This document shows, in pieces, positions 34,457 to 43,277 of a stretch of 44,299 bases of DNA. The position numbers were made by a program, and so were the translations under genes. A model generated the notes under the pieces. The model made no database searches and had not been told where the DNA came from. It saw only the letters and a program-made list of their open reading frames with translations. Source of the DNA: a virus; IMG/VR virus record IMGVR_UViG_3300029854_000006; one strand, written 5' to 3'. Every line of letters begins with the position of its first letter. The first letter of the stretch is position 1.

Positions 34457-36970
34457 ATGTTTTACGGATTTGTCATTACAGAGGCCGGCAACAATCTGCT
34501 GGCCAAAATGGTGGCCGGCGACAAGCTGACCATTACCAAGGTGGTCATGGACAAGGGCACGGCGGAGAGCGCGGAGGCCGCCCGGAAGCTGACCGCCCCC
34601 ATTGACCCAGGCCCAAACGGCACCAGCACCGTGCCCACGGTGGAGGGCGCCGCCGTCAACATGCTGGTGGAATACCGCAGCGACCTGAACGGCGGATTAC
34701 AGGAGGGTTTCTGGATCGGCGGTTTTGCCGTGTTCGGCAAGGTAGAGAACGGGGCCGAAACCATGATTTATTATGGGTCCATGGGAGAACAAAAGCAGTA
34801 TGTGAGCGCCTATGTGGAGGGAACCGCCCCGGATGTGCGCCGCTACCCCGTTTCCATCACCGTGACCGCCGGCGTGGAGGTAGAGGTGTCCTATCCTGCG
34901 GAGGCATGGATGACTGCCGAGGAGGTGGCGGAATACTTCAACGGGACCCTAAAGCCGGAGCTGGAGGAGAGCCTGGGCGGCCTGATCAAAACACACAACG
35001 AGGATCAAAACGCCCATAACGGTGCCCTGAAAGACAAGCAGGACGCCATCAAGGTGGAGGGCCTGCTGAAAGGGACCAAGACCGCCGGCGAGGGCGGGGA
35101 CACCTACACCGTAGGCGCGGCCACACCGGGCACCGACTACCAGCAGCCCACCAACAAGCTGACGCCGGCGGAGGCCATGACCACACAGGACTTTATCCCG
35201 TTCTATGACCACGACAGCGGCCAGCACATGCGGGCCACGCTCCAGAGCCTGAAAGAGGCCATCGGCGTGCAAAGCCCCACCATCAAGGTGACCACCTGCG
35301 CCGGCGCGTCTGTGACCTGTTCGGACGGGGAAACCACCCTGGAGGGCACGGGATCCACGGAGTTTGAGCTGCCCTATGTGGGGGACTGGACCGTGACCGC
35401 CTCCCTGGGCGGAGCAAACGCCAGCCAAGTGGTGGATGTGAGCGGCGCCCTGCTGTACGAGGTGGATCTGATGATCACCAGCGGCATTGCCGTGACCGCC
35501 CAGCCCAGCAAAAAGACCTATTACATCGGGGAGGCATTTGACCCGGCAGGCATGGTGGTAACTGCTACCTTTGCGGATGACACCACCGAAAATGTGACAA
35601 ACGACTGCACTTTCTCCCCTGTCACCATTTCCAAGGGCACAACGGCCATCACGGTGAACTACCAGCGGGCGGGGATCAAGAAAACCGCCAGCGTGCCGGT
35701 GACGGTGCGGGTGCTGTCCAGCATTGCGATCACAACCGCCCCCGCAAAGACGGCGTACAAATACGGGGAGATCTTCAACCCCTCCGGCATGGTGGTGACG
35801 GCCCACTACACAGACGGCCAGAGCCGGACGGTGACCGGGTACACATTCTCCCCCGACACGGCCCTGGGCATGAGCAACACCACCATTACGATCTCCTATA
35901 CGGAGGGGGATGTGACCAAGACCACAACCCAGGCCATCACGGTGGCCAAGGTGCTGGACCGTATCGCCGTCACAACGCCACCCAGCCGGACCAGCTATTT
36001 TTCCGGGGAGAGTTTCAGCACCTCCGGCATGGTGGTGACCGCCTATTACACCGATGACAGCAGCGCGGCGGTGAGCGGGTACACCTATTCCCCCACCGGC
36101 GCCCTGGCGGCGGGAAACAAAACGATCACCATTTCGTACAGCGAGGGCGGCGTGACTAAGACCACCACGCAAGCAATCACGGTGACCACGATCAGCACAA
36201 CGCTGAACTCCAACAGCTGGGCCACCATCAAGGCGGTTTCTGACGCTGGACAGGGGGACAATTACTGGGATGTGGGCGACACAAAGACCATCACCATCAA
36301 TGGAACGGTGCAGGGCTTTACATTCTCCAACCTGTCCATTGCTGTCTTTATCCTGGGTTTCAACCACAACAGCAGCCGCGAGGGAAGCAACCGGATCCAT
36401 TTCCAGATCGGGAAGATCTCCAGCAAGCTGGTGGGCCTGTGTGATAACAGTTACGGCAGCTATGTATCAAGCGGTTTCTGTATGAATACCAGCCGGACCA
36501 ACTCCGGCGGATGGAATGGCAGCTACATGCGAAAAACCGTACTGGGCAATAGCGGGACCCCATCCAGCCCGCCGGCCAACTCCCTGCTGGCGGCCCTGCC
36601 GGCAGACCTCCGGGCTGTGATGAAGCCGATCACAAAATATAGTGACAACACCGGAGGCGGGAACAATACGGCCAGCTATGTGACTGCCACCACGGATTAT
36701 TTAACCCTGCTGGCAGAGTTTGAATACCACGGCAGCCGGAGCTACGCCAACAGCGCGGAGCAGAACTACCAAAAGCAGTATGACTATTACAAGGCGGGAA
36801 ACAGCAAGGTGCATTACAGGCACGACAACACGGGATCGGCGGTCTTTGCGTGGACCCGTTCCGCCTATGCGGGCGGCAGCAGCATTTTCTGCCTTGTCAG
36901 CACGGCTGGCACGCCCGGCAGCACCAACGCGGACTCTTCAAGGGCGCTTGCCCCCGGCTTTGCCGCCTAA
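34457..36970 (+). CDS. Tail fibre: collar-like N-terminus, three Ig-like repeats, C-terminal DGR-diversified ligand-binding domain
   Basis: 837 aa after gpI. The C-terminus FAWTRSAYAGGSSIFCLVSTAGTPGSTNADSSRALAPGFAA is encoded by VR1. Confidence 0.9.
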   Translation: MFYGFVITEAGNNLLAKMVAGDKLTITKVVMDKGTAESAEAARKLTAPIDPGPNGTSTVPTVEGAAVNMLVEYRSDLNGGLQEGFWIGGFAVFGKVENGAETMIYYGSMGEQKQYVSAYVEGTAPDVRRYPVSITVTAGVEVEVSYPAEAWMTAEEVAEYFNGTLKPELEESLGGLIKTHNEDQNAHNGALKDKQDAIKVEGLLKGTKTAGEGGDTYTVGAATPGTDYQQPTNKLTPAEAMTTQDFIPFYDHDSGQHMRATLQSLKEAIGVQSPTIKVTTCAGASVTCSDGETTLEGTGSTEFELPYVGDWTVTASLGGANASQVVDVSGALLYEVDLMITSGIAVTAQPSKKTYYIGEAFDPAGMVVTATFADDTTENVTNDCTFSPVTISKGTTAITVNYQRAGIKKTASVPVTVRVLSSIAITTAPAKTAYKYGEIFNPSGMVVTAHYTDGQSRTVTGYTFSPDTALGMSNTTITISYTEGDVTKTTTQAITVAKVLDRIAVTTPPSRTSYFSGESFSTSGMVVTAYYTDDSSAAVSGYTYSPTGALAAGNKTITISYSEGGVTKTTTQAITVTTISTTLNSNSWATIKAVSDAGQGDNYWDVGDTKTITINGTVQGFTFSNLSIAVFILGFNHNSSREGSNRIHFQIGKISSKLVGLCDNSYGSYVSSGFCMNTSRTNSGGWNGSYMRKTVLGNSGTPSSPPANSLLAALPADLRAVMKPITKYSDNTGGGNNTASYVTATTDYLTLLAEFEYHGSRSYANSAEQNYQKQYDYYKAGNSKVHYRHDNTGSAVFAWTRSAYAGGSSIFCLVSTAGTPGSTNADSSRALAPGFAA
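35474..36184 (+). repeat. Three tandem Ig-like domain repeats within the fibre gene (78-80 aa each)
   Basis: Units 35474-35707, 35708-35944 and 35945-36184. Each reads IA(V/I)T..P.K..Y..GE.F...GMVVTA.Y.D...V.....SP........T.I.Y......K.....ITV. Confidence 0.8.
36837..36961 (+). repeat. DGR variable repeat VR1
   Basis: 125-nt gap-free alignment to TR 37571-37695. There are 17 mismatches, 16 at TR adenines and 1 C->T (TR 37641 / 36907). Confidence 0.92.
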
Positions 36971-36995
36971 TCGCCGCAGCATATCCGGCCCCAAT

Positions 36996-37018
36996 CCCGT
37001 CCCGCGGAAGCGGGCGGG
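36996..37018 (+). promoter_or_regulatory. GC hairpin with GGAA tetraloop downstream of VR1 (putative DGR target-recognition hairpin)
   Basis: cccg-t-cccgc GGAA gcggg-cggg forms 9 bp with one bulge, 34 nt after the VR1 end. Confidence 0.55.
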
Positions 37019-37057
37019 ATGACCAGAGCGCAGAAACCAAGAGAGGAGGACACCACC

Positions 37058-37516
37058 GTGTCCGTTTTGAAAGAGAAACGCACCACCAGCAAGGCGGAGT
37101 ATGTGAACACAGCAAACCAGATCTATGTGAAAACCGTGGATTTTCTTTCGCGGCTGTCCGCCCGATACTCCCGGCTGATCGCGGCGGACACCTCACACCT
37201 GGCCGGGCAGGTCATGGACCACGCGGAGCAGGCAAACAAGATCTTTCCGTCCGACGGGCAGAGAAAGGAACTGCGGAAAGCGCACCACCTGGAGGCCCTG
37301 GGCGCCCTGTCCGCCCTGGATGTGCGCCTGACCCACTGCTATGAAATCCTGTACTGCAACCCGCAGGGCGCTTTCACCGACAACAAGGGAAAGAGCGTGG
37401 CGCCCAGGGAGGCCATGGAGCGGCTGGACCGCATGGCCCAGGAGCTGGGGGAGCTGATCGACCAGGAGGAAACCCTGCTGCGGAACATCATGGAGAGCGA
37501 TAAGAAACGAAAATAG
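37058..37516 (+). CDS. avd: DGR accessory variability determinant (Avd-like helical bundle protein)
   Basis: GTG 7 nt after gaggagga. ~150-aa helical, basic protein located between the target gene and TR. The call is mostly positional. Confidence 0.6.
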   Translation: MSVLKEKRTTSKAEYVNTANQIYVKTVDFLSRLSARYSRLIAADTSHLAGQVMDHAEQANKIFPSDGQRKELRKAHHLEALGALSALDVRLTHCYEILYCNPQGAFTDNKGKSVAPREAMERLDRMAQELGELIDQEETLLRNIMESDKKRK

Positions 37517-37570
37517 GTCATAACTGGGTGTATTTCTGAACAAGTGCCGTGCGGCAGGGCGACACTCCGG

Positions 37571-37696
37571 CGGCGGTCAATGCGTGGACCCGTTCCGCCA
37601 ATGCGGGCAACAGCAACAATTTCTGCCTTGTCAACACGGACGGCACGCCCAACAACAACAACGCGGACAATTCAAGGGCGCTTGCCCCCGGATTTT
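37571..37696 (+). repeat. DGR template repeat (TR)
   Basis: Non-coding copy of the VR sequence. In the target frame it carries 11 AAY codons (…NAWTRSANAGNSNNFCLVNTDGTPNNNNADNSRALAPGF). Confidence 0.92.
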
Positions 37697-37965
37697 ATAG
37701 AATGGGTTGAAAGCGGACGCCAGGCGCGTCCCGAACCCGTATAAAAGGAGAAATACTTCCCTGGGTGTAAATCCCTAAAACTGCGCCGCTTGGGAGAGCG
37801 GCATAGGGTATAACCCACGAAAATGGCCGATACCCTATCTTTTGAAGCCTTTACACGGACGCTTTTTGCATGGCGGGTGATGTGCCTTACCCCGTTTCAT
37901 GTGTCGAGGCAAAGCAGATTAGACGGCACCCTACAATTTATCTGCACGAAAGGCGAATACCAATT
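37697..37965 (+). ncRNA. TR-RT spacer, probable structured part of the DGR RNA
   Basis: 269 nt with no convincing ORF. Hairpins are ggacgc/gcgtcc (37715-37731), gccgc/gcggc (37785-37802) and tagggtat/ataccCta (37804-37837). Confidence 0.4.
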
Positions 37966-39123
37966 ATGACAAGTCAAGAGCGCCGGGAGGCGCGATACCA
38001 ACGCCGCAAGGCGCGGCGGAGAAGAAACAGGCAGGCCCGCAGCGACGGCCTGGGCGGGCTGGCGGGCGTTTTCAGCTACCGGAACATGTTCAAGTACGGG
38101 AAAAAGTGCTGCAACGGCGTGCGCTGGAAAGGATCTACACATAACTTTGAGCTGCACCTGTTTTCCGGCACGGCCAAGCGGCGGCGCAGGATCCTGGACG
38201 GGAAATGGAGGCCGGGAAAAACCATCCGCTTTCCCCTGCGGGAGCGGGGAAAGTTTCGGACCATCGACGCACCGCACATCACGGACCGACAGATCCACAA
38301 GGTTTTCACCAGGGAGGTGCTGGCGCCGCTCTACTGCCCCAGCATGATCTATGACAACGGGGCAAGCCAAAAGGGAAAGGGCCTGCACTTTCATTTCCAG
38401 AGGCTAAAGGAACAGCTGCGCTGGCATTACCGGCGGCACGGGCGGCAGGGCGCCATCATGCTGGCGGATTTCCACCACTTTTTCCCGGACGCGCCACACG
38501 CGCTGCTGTATGAACGGCACCGGCGCCTGATCCTGGACCAGGACCTGCGGGCGCTGGCGGATCTGATGGTGGCGGCGGTGCCGGGCGAGGTGGGCATGTA
38601 CCTGGGCGTGGAGCCGAGCCAGCAGGAAATGGTGGCCCTGCCCTCCTATCTGGACAACTGGATGAAATGCCAGCTTTCCCTCCACGGCATGGGCCACTAT
38701 ATGGATGATTACAACGCGATCCTGGAGGGTACGGAGCAGGCGGAGAGGGTCCTGGCGGAAATGATCCGCCGGGCGGCGGAAAAGGGACTGACGATCAACC
38801 GGAACAAATGCCATGTGATCAGCCTGGACAAGCCTTTCCGTTTCTGCAAAGCCAAGTTTCAGATTTTGCCCAGCGGGCGGGTCATCACCCACGGCTGCCG
38901 GGACGGCATGAAGCGGGCGCGGCGGAAAATGCGATATTTCCGCAAGCAGGTGGACGCCGGGGAAAAGACCGTGGAGCAGGTGGCGGAATGGCTGAAAGGT
39001 CCAATCGCCTACTATGAGCAATTCAACGACCATGGGCGGGTGCTGAAACTGCGCCGCCTGTATTACGCCCTGTTCATCAAGGGCAGGAAAACAGAGGAGG
39101 TAAAACCATGTATCGGATCGTAA
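37966..39123 (+). CDS. DGR reverse transcriptase
   Basis: 385 aa from the internal ATG (track ORF 37870-39123). LGVEPSQ matches the DGR-specific [ILV]GxxxSQ motif. YMDD catalytic motif. Confidence 0.9.
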   Translation: MTSQERREARYQRRKARRRRNRQARSDGLGGLAGVFSYRNMFKYGKKCCNGVRWKGSTHNFELHLFSGTAKRRRRILDGKWRPGKTIRFPLRERGKFRTIDAPHITDRQIHKVFTREVLAPLYCPSMIYDNGASQKGKGLHFHFQRLKEQLRWHYRRHGRQGAIMLADFHHFFPDAPHALLYERHRRLILDQDLRALADLMVAAVPGEVGMYLGVEPSQQEMVALPSYLDNWMKCQLSLHGMGHYMDDYNAILEGTEQAERVLAEMIRRAAEKGLTINRNKCHVISLDKPFRFCKAKFQILPSGRVITHGCRDGMKRARRKMRYFRKQVDAGEKTVEQVAEWLKGPIAYYEQFNDHGRVLKLRRLYYALFIKGRKTEEVKPCIGS

Positions 39124-39806
39124 AAGACGGGGCAAAGCTGGCGCTGATCGAGGCCCCCAGCTATGTGCGGAAGGCCGAAAACGGGTGCTTTGTGCTGTGC
39201 CAGGAGGCGGAAGCAACGGGGATCGCCCATAACGGCACCGTGTACCACCTGCTGGGCCGGGAGGCACTGGAGGGCGCGGAGAGCGTGATCTTGGAGGCGG
39301 CGGACGCGGGCGCGGAGATCCAGACCACAAAGGAAAGCACGGCCAACAATGCCAAGCTGTCCGGCCAGCTGTCCGCGGCGGCACGCCTGTATGTCCAAAC
39401 GGCGGCGGATGTGCCGGACGAAACGGCGCTGGAAATGCCGGATCTGTTCAAGACCTGGGAGGAGGTCCTGGCAGAGGGCAAAACCGTGGCGGAAAACTCC
39501 ATCATCAACGACGGCGGCACCCTGTACCGCGTCGTGTCACCCGGCGGCGTACTCCCCCAGGCGCACCAGCCGCCCCATGGTGAGGGTATGCTGGCGGTGT
39601 ACCGGCCCATTGATACGGTCCACGCAGGCACCCAGGAGGACCCGATCCCGTGGGTGTACGGCATGGACTGCACCAATGGCCTGTATTACTCCTATAACGC
39701 CACTGTGTACCTTTGCAAGGCGGATATGAAGCCGTGCGTATGGGCGCCCGGCACCGCTGGCCTGTGGCAATGGGAGGCCGTGGACGCCATGGAAGCGGAG
39801 GCGTAA
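39108..39806 (+). CDS. Hypothetical protein with CBM5/12-like aromatic C-terminus
   Basis: 232 aa. The C-terminus YYSYNATVYLCKADMKPCVWAPGTAGLWQWE resembles small carbohydrate-binding modules. It overlaps the RT stop. Confidence 0.5.
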   Translation: MYRIVKDGAKLALIEAPSYVRKAENGCFVLCQEAEATGIAHNGTVYHLLGREALEGAESVILEAADAGAEIQTTKESTANNAKLSGQLSAAARLYVQTAADVPDETALEMPDLFKTWEEVLAEGKTVAENSIINDGGTLYRVVSPGGVLPQAHQPPHGEGMLAVYRPIDTVHAGTQEDPIPWVYGMDCTNGLYYSYNATVYLCKADMKPCVWAPGTAGLWQWEAVDAMEAEA

Positions 39807-39809
39807 CCA

Positions 39810-40211
39810 ATGAGCCGGAGATACATTGTAAAGCAGAGGGCCAGGATCGACACCATCACCGGCCCGGTCAATCTCCCATACGGCACAGAGGTGGAAGCCG
39901 TGGGCGATTACCTGACCCACCAGGGGAACCGGCTGTGTGCGGTGACCAGCCGAAAGGCACACCTGTATTTTGCACCGGATGATGACGGACAGGGACGGGA
40001 ACGGGGCGCCCTAACCATGGCCATCACCAGGCGGCTGGAGAAGCGGGACAGGGACCATCAACGGCGCTGGGATCTGGCGTGGGAGGATCCCGTGTGCCAG
40101 AAACACCGGAACCTGGAGCATGAGGATCACTTCCTATGGGGGCACACATTTTACGAGGCCCCGGTGGAGGATCTGCGGCACATTGCCGCCCTGATCGGCG
40201 CAAGGGGGTGA
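39810..40211 (+). CDS. Hypothetical protein
   Basis: 133-aa ORF. Confidence 0.5.
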   Translation: MSRRYIVKQRARIDTITGPVNLPYGTEVEAVGDYLTHQGNRLCAVTSRKAHLYFAPDDDGQGRERGALTMAITRRLEKRDRDHQRRWDLAWEDPVCQKHRNLEHEDHFLWGHTFYEAPVEDLRHIAALIGARG

Positions 40212-40216
40212 CGGCC

Positions 40217-40387
40217 ATGGACAACACAAAGCTGGTGGCGGAGCTGTGCGCCATCATTGACCGGATGAATGTACTTTTGCAGGCCCAGGCCGTGGAGCTG
40301 GCCCAGCTCCACGCGCTCCAGCATGAGGAGGAGATCGCGGCGGTCCGCCGGGACTATGCCCAGGCCATTGGGGAGGTGCGGCCATGA
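40217..40387 (+). CDS. Small coiled-coil hypothetical protein
   Basis: 56 aa from the internal ATG of track ORF 40136-40387. Confidence 0.4.
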   Translation: MDNTKLVAELCAIIDRMNVLLQAQAVELAQLHALQHEEEIAAVRRDYAQAIGEVRP

Positions 40388-40803
40388 CTATGGAGGAGAT
40401 CGCCACCGGCGGCGGGATCCTGCTGGCGGCCATGACACTAATCCAGATTGCACCGATCAAACTAAATCCATGGTCCGCGCTGGCAAAAGCCATTGGGCGG
40501 GCAATCAACGGAGAAGTGATCACAAAGGTGGACCGGCTGGAGCGGGAACTGCTGGGCATGAAAGAAAATCTGGAGGAGCGGGACGCGATCAGCTGCCGGG
40601 CCAGGATCCTGCATTTCGGGGATGAAACCATCCACGGGGTACGGCATACAAAAGAACACTTTGACCAGATCCTGCGGGACATTACCACCTATGAGCGATA
40701 TTGCGACGATCACCCGAATTTTGAAAACAATACCACAGTGCTGACCTCCCGGAGGATCAAGGATATTTATGAGGACTGCCTGAAAACGGCGGACTTTCTG
40801 TGA
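40384..40803 (+). CDS. N-terminally membrane-anchored hypothetical protein (lysis-module associated)
   Basis: 139 aa. TM GGGILLAAMTLIQIAPI followed by a coiled coil. ATGA overlap. Confidence 0.5.
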   Translation: MTMEEIATGGGILLAAMTLIQIAPIKLNPWSALAKAIGRAINGEVITKVDRLERELLGMKENLEERDAISCRARILHFGDETIHGVRHTKEHFDQILRDITTYERYCDDHPNFENNTTVLTSRRIKDIYEDCLKTADFL

Positions 40804-40818
40804 GGAGGAGCGGGATCA

Positions 40819-41232
40819 ATGAAAACGCTACTGATTGCAGTGGTAGCCATGATCGGAGGTGCGACCCTGGGTTTTTTCCTATGCTGGGCCGTCCACCGCC
40901 TGGCCAGGGGAAACCACACACCAGCCAGGCGTATGGCCGCAACGGAAAAAAGAAAAATAGGGACCATGGACAAGGTGCTGGTGCTGGAGGGCGTGATCCT
41001 GGTGGCCTATACCGTGGCCGCGCTGGCCGTGTTCTGGCATACAGGCGGGGAGCCATCCACCCTGACTGCCTGCGTGTTCGGCGTGTGTGGCCTGGAAAAC
41101 GGCGTTATGGGATGGATTAAGACCAACAAGGACAAGGCGGCAGAGGCCGCCAGAACGAGCGGGAACGGCCACAAGGCCGGACCGGAGGAACCGCCCGCGG
41201 ACCGGCCAGAGCCGCCGGATGTGGGCATTTAA
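40819..41232 (+). CDS. Putative holin/membrane protein (3 TM)
   Basis: 137 aa. Hydrophobic helices at the N-terminus, the middle ([21 protein letters not shown]) and [12 protein letters not shown]. Charged tail. Directly upstream of the endolysin. Confidence 0.5.
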   Translation: MKTLLIAVVAMIGGATLGFFLCWAVHRLARGNHTPARRMAATEKRKIGTMDKVLVLEGVILVAYTVAALAVFWHTGGEPSTLTACVFGVCGLENGVMGWIKTNKDKAAEAARTSGNGHKAGPEEPPADRPEPPDVGI

Positions 41233-41245
41233 GGAGGGGTTACCA

Positions 41246-42235
41246 ATGACAGAGAACCAACTGCGGCAGAAAGTTGCCGACATTATCAACGCATGGGTGG
41301 GCGCCACCAAGGGCAGCGCCAAGCACCTGGAGATCCTGGAGATCTACAACGGCCACAAGCCACTGGCCCGCGGCTACAAAATGCAGGTGAAAGACGCCTA
41401 TTGCGCGGCCACGGTGAGCGCGGCATACATAAAGGCCGGGATCGCGGAGTACACCGGGACCGAGTGCGGCGTGGAGAAGTTCGTGCAGATCGCAAAGAAC
41501 AAAGGCATTTGGGTGGAGAATGACGCCCATTTCTGCCATGTGGGCGGTGCCTGCGTGTATGACTGGGACGACACCGGGAAAGGCGACTGCACCGGAGCCG
41601 GGGATCATATCGGCATTGTGACCCAGGTAAACAGCGCGGCGGGCACCTTTGTGGTGACAGAGGGCAACATGAGCGGCGGAAAGGTGGGAAAGCGTACCAT
41701 GGCCATCAACGGGAAGTATATTCGCGGGTTTATCTGCCCGGATTTCGCCGCTATTGCCAAGAAACTGGGCGGGACCTCCGGGGGAACGGACACAGCGGGC
41801 GGCCCTACCATTTACACGGTGAAATCCGGGGACACCCTTTCCAAGATTGCAAGCACCTACGGCACCACCGTGGACACCATGGTGGAGATTAACGCCATTC
41901 AAAACAAGAACCTGATCCGGGTAGGCCAGGTGCTTATGCTCCAGGACACAGCCCAGGCGGCGGCGGATAAGCTGGAGGAACTGGGGGTGATCAATTCCCC
42001 GGACTACTGGGCGGACGCGGCGGAGGCCGGAAAGGTGCAATACCTGGAGATCCTGCTGAAAAAGGTTGCGCAGATCATCACAAAGGCCGGAACCCGCACC
42101 GACACGCCGGAGCAGGGTGTGGCCGCCCTGGTGGCCGCTGGAGTGATCAACACACCGGACTATTGGTTGGCCAACTACGACACATTCCCATCCCTGGACC
42201 TGCTGCTGTGCGCCCTGGGTGGGGCTGTGAAATAA
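41246..42235 (+). CDS. Endolysin: CHAP-like peptidase + LysM + two SPDYW repeats
   Basis: ATG after aaggagggg. Catalytic Cys context DAYCAATVS and His GDHIGIV. Lys[30 protein letters not shown]. Repeats [13 protein letters not shown] and [13 protein letters not shown]. Confidence 0.8.
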   Translation: MTENQLRQKVADIINAWVGATKGSAKHLEILEIYNGHKPLARGYKMQVKDAYCAATVSAAYIKAGIAEYTGTECGVEKFVQIAKNKGIWVENDAHFCHVGGACVYDWDDTGKGDCTGAGDHIGIVTQVNSAAGTFVVTEGNMSGGKVGKRTMAINGKYIRGFICPDFAAIAKKLGGTSGGTDTAGGPTIYTVKSGDTLSKIASTYGTTVDTMVEINAIQNKNLIRVGQVLMLQDTAQAAADKLEELGVINSPDYWADAAEAGKVQYLEILLKKVAQIITKAGTRTDTPEQGVAALVAAGVINTPDYWLANYDTFPSLDLLLCALGGAVK

Positions 42236-42253
42236 TTTAAGGAGGACATACAA

Positions 42254-42592
42254 ATGGAAACTATTATGCAGTACATCCCCATGGCGGTGTCCGCCGTCCT
42301 GCTTGCGGCCCTGATCCTGACAGTGATCACCAACATTATCACCCAGGTGGTGAAGAAAATCACATGGGACAAGATCCCAACCAATATCCTGGCAGTAGTG
42401 GTGGCCATGGCTGTCACCCTGGTGGCGTTTTTTGCGGTATGCCAGATCATGGGCTGGGCTGTCGCCTGGTACATGGTAGCTGGCGCGGTGGCCCTGGGCC
42501 TGTTCGTAGCCTATGCAGCTATGTTTGGATTTGACAAGCTGCGGGAGGCACTGGAGCAGATCACAAACTGGGGAAAGGATAAAACGGAGTAA
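42254..42592 (+). CDS. Holin-like membrane protein
   Basis: 112 aa with three hydrophobic helices and a charged C-terminus. Adjacent to the endolysin. Confidence 0.6.
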   Translation: METIMQYIPMAVSAVLLAALILTVITNIITQVVKKITWDKIPTNILAVVVAMAVTLVAFFAVCQIMGWAVAWYMVAGAVALGLFVAYAAMFGFDKLREALEQITNWGKDKTE

Positions 42593-42595
42593 GAG

Positions 42596-42626
42596 AACCC
42601 CCGGCACCTACATGGTGCCGGGGGTT
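42596..42626. terminator. Bidirectional hairpin terminator between the lysis genes and the minus-strand operon
   Basis: Perfect 13-bp stem aacccccggcacc / ggtgccgggggtt with loop tacat. It is followed by an AT-rich tract. Confidence 0.7.
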
Positions 42627-42636
42627 ATTATATATA

Positions 42637-42843
42637 TTAAATTATACTATCATCAGCGGAGACAATGCAAATACCTCCACTTCCAACATGGAACACATTG
42701 CCACCATCATCAGAGTAAGATTTCACGCCGCTGTGCCGTTTGCTTCCATCATACATGTTTGTTTCGTATTCCCATTCAGGGTGACGGGTCAGTTTTCCGA
42801 TCACTTCAAAGCCAACCGATTTGGCGTATTCTCTAATTTTCAT
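42637..42843 (-). CDS. Hypothetical small protein (minus-strand accessory operon)
   Basis: 68 aa from the internal ATG 42843 (RBS ggaaaggtg): MKIREYAKSVGFEVIGKLTRHPEWEY... Confidence 0.5.
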   Translation of the reverse strand: MKIREYAKSVGFEVIGKLTRHPEWEYETNMYDGSKRHSGVKSYSDDGGNVFHVGSGGICIVSADDSII

Positions 42844-42883
42844 AAAAGACACCTTTCCGCCGGAGGGCGCCTGATCCACCGGA

Positions 42884-43105
42884 TCAGGCGATTGCCTCCA
42901 ACTCCATATCTTCAATTTCGGCCCAGGGAAAACCAAGGCGGTGCATATCGTCCCCGGCACTGGAGAGAACCACGCTGGCCTCCATGGTGAGGTCTGCATA
43001 ACAAAGTGCAGCAAACATTTTATAGACCTCCACGGCACGCTCCATGGTGAAAACACGGATATTGCCAACCATGGCCCCATACTTCCCGTTTTGCTTAATC
43101 AACAT
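42884..43105 (-). CDS. Hypothetical small protein (minus-strand accessory operon)
   Basis: 73 aa from ATG 43105 (RBS aaaggtgg, 8-nt spacing). In frame with track ORF 42884-43117. Confidence 0.5.
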   Translation of the reverse strand: MLIKQNGKYGAMVGNIRVFTMERAVEVYKMFAALCYADLTMEASVVLSSAGDDMHRLGFPWAEIEDMELEAIA

Positions 43106-43196
43106 GATTTTTACCACCTTTCAAAATTCTACGGAACAACCGGCGGAGCGGGACAAACACCGCAACAAATATCACAAGAGAAATTAGAAATTTCAT
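43095..43196 (-). CDS. 33-aa hydrophobic peptide, type I toxin-like (below ORF-track cutoff)
   Basis: Hand-translated: MKFLISLVIFVAVFVPLRRLFRRILKGGKNHVD. GGAGGG lies 6 nt upstream. It overlaps the next gene start by 11 nt. Confidence 0.4.
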   Translation of the reverse strand: MKFLISLVIFVAVFVPLRRLFRRILKGGKNHVD

Positions 43197-43210
43197 CGTC
43201 TGCCCTCCTA

Positions 43211-43240
43211 TTGACAAAACCGGATGATTTGTTTTATATT
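43211..43240 (+). promoter_or_regulatory. Strong-looking promoter antisense to the minus-strand operon
   Basis: TTGACA (43211-43216), 18 nt, TATATT (43235-43240), pointing into the hairpin and the 43-aa ORF on the opposite strand. Confidence 0.4.
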
Positions 43241-43241
43241 T

Positions 43242-43271
43242 GGGGTGCGGAGGTTAGGGCCTCCGCACCCC
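43242..43271. other. 12-bp GC-rich hairpin just 3' of the 43-aa minus-strand ORF
   Basis: ggggtgcggagg ttaggg cctccgcacccc. There is no U-tract on either strand. Confidence 0.6.
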
Positions 43272-43277
43272 TGGCCT

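Larger units (their letters stand above)
36837..39123 (+). mobile_element. Diversity-generating retroelement cassette (VR1 - avd - TR - RT)
   Basis: Canonical order, adenine-specific TR/VR mismatches, and an RT with the LGVEPSQ and YMDD motifs. Confidence 0.9.

Noticed and set aside
37544-37744. A 66-aa + strand ORF covering the TR.
   Set aside because: It reads the template repeat out of the target frame (…RATATISALSTRTARPTTTTRTIQGRLPP). The same out-of-frame peptide appears over VR1 and VR2, so it is a by-product of the repeat. TR is best treated as non-coding.
43242-43271. The GC hairpin 3' of the 43-aa ORF as a standard terminator ending the leftward transcript.
   Set aside because: There is no U-run after it on either strand. 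I found no separate promoter for the three downstream minus-strand ORFs, so read-through or processing seems more likely. It is kept as a structural feature only.
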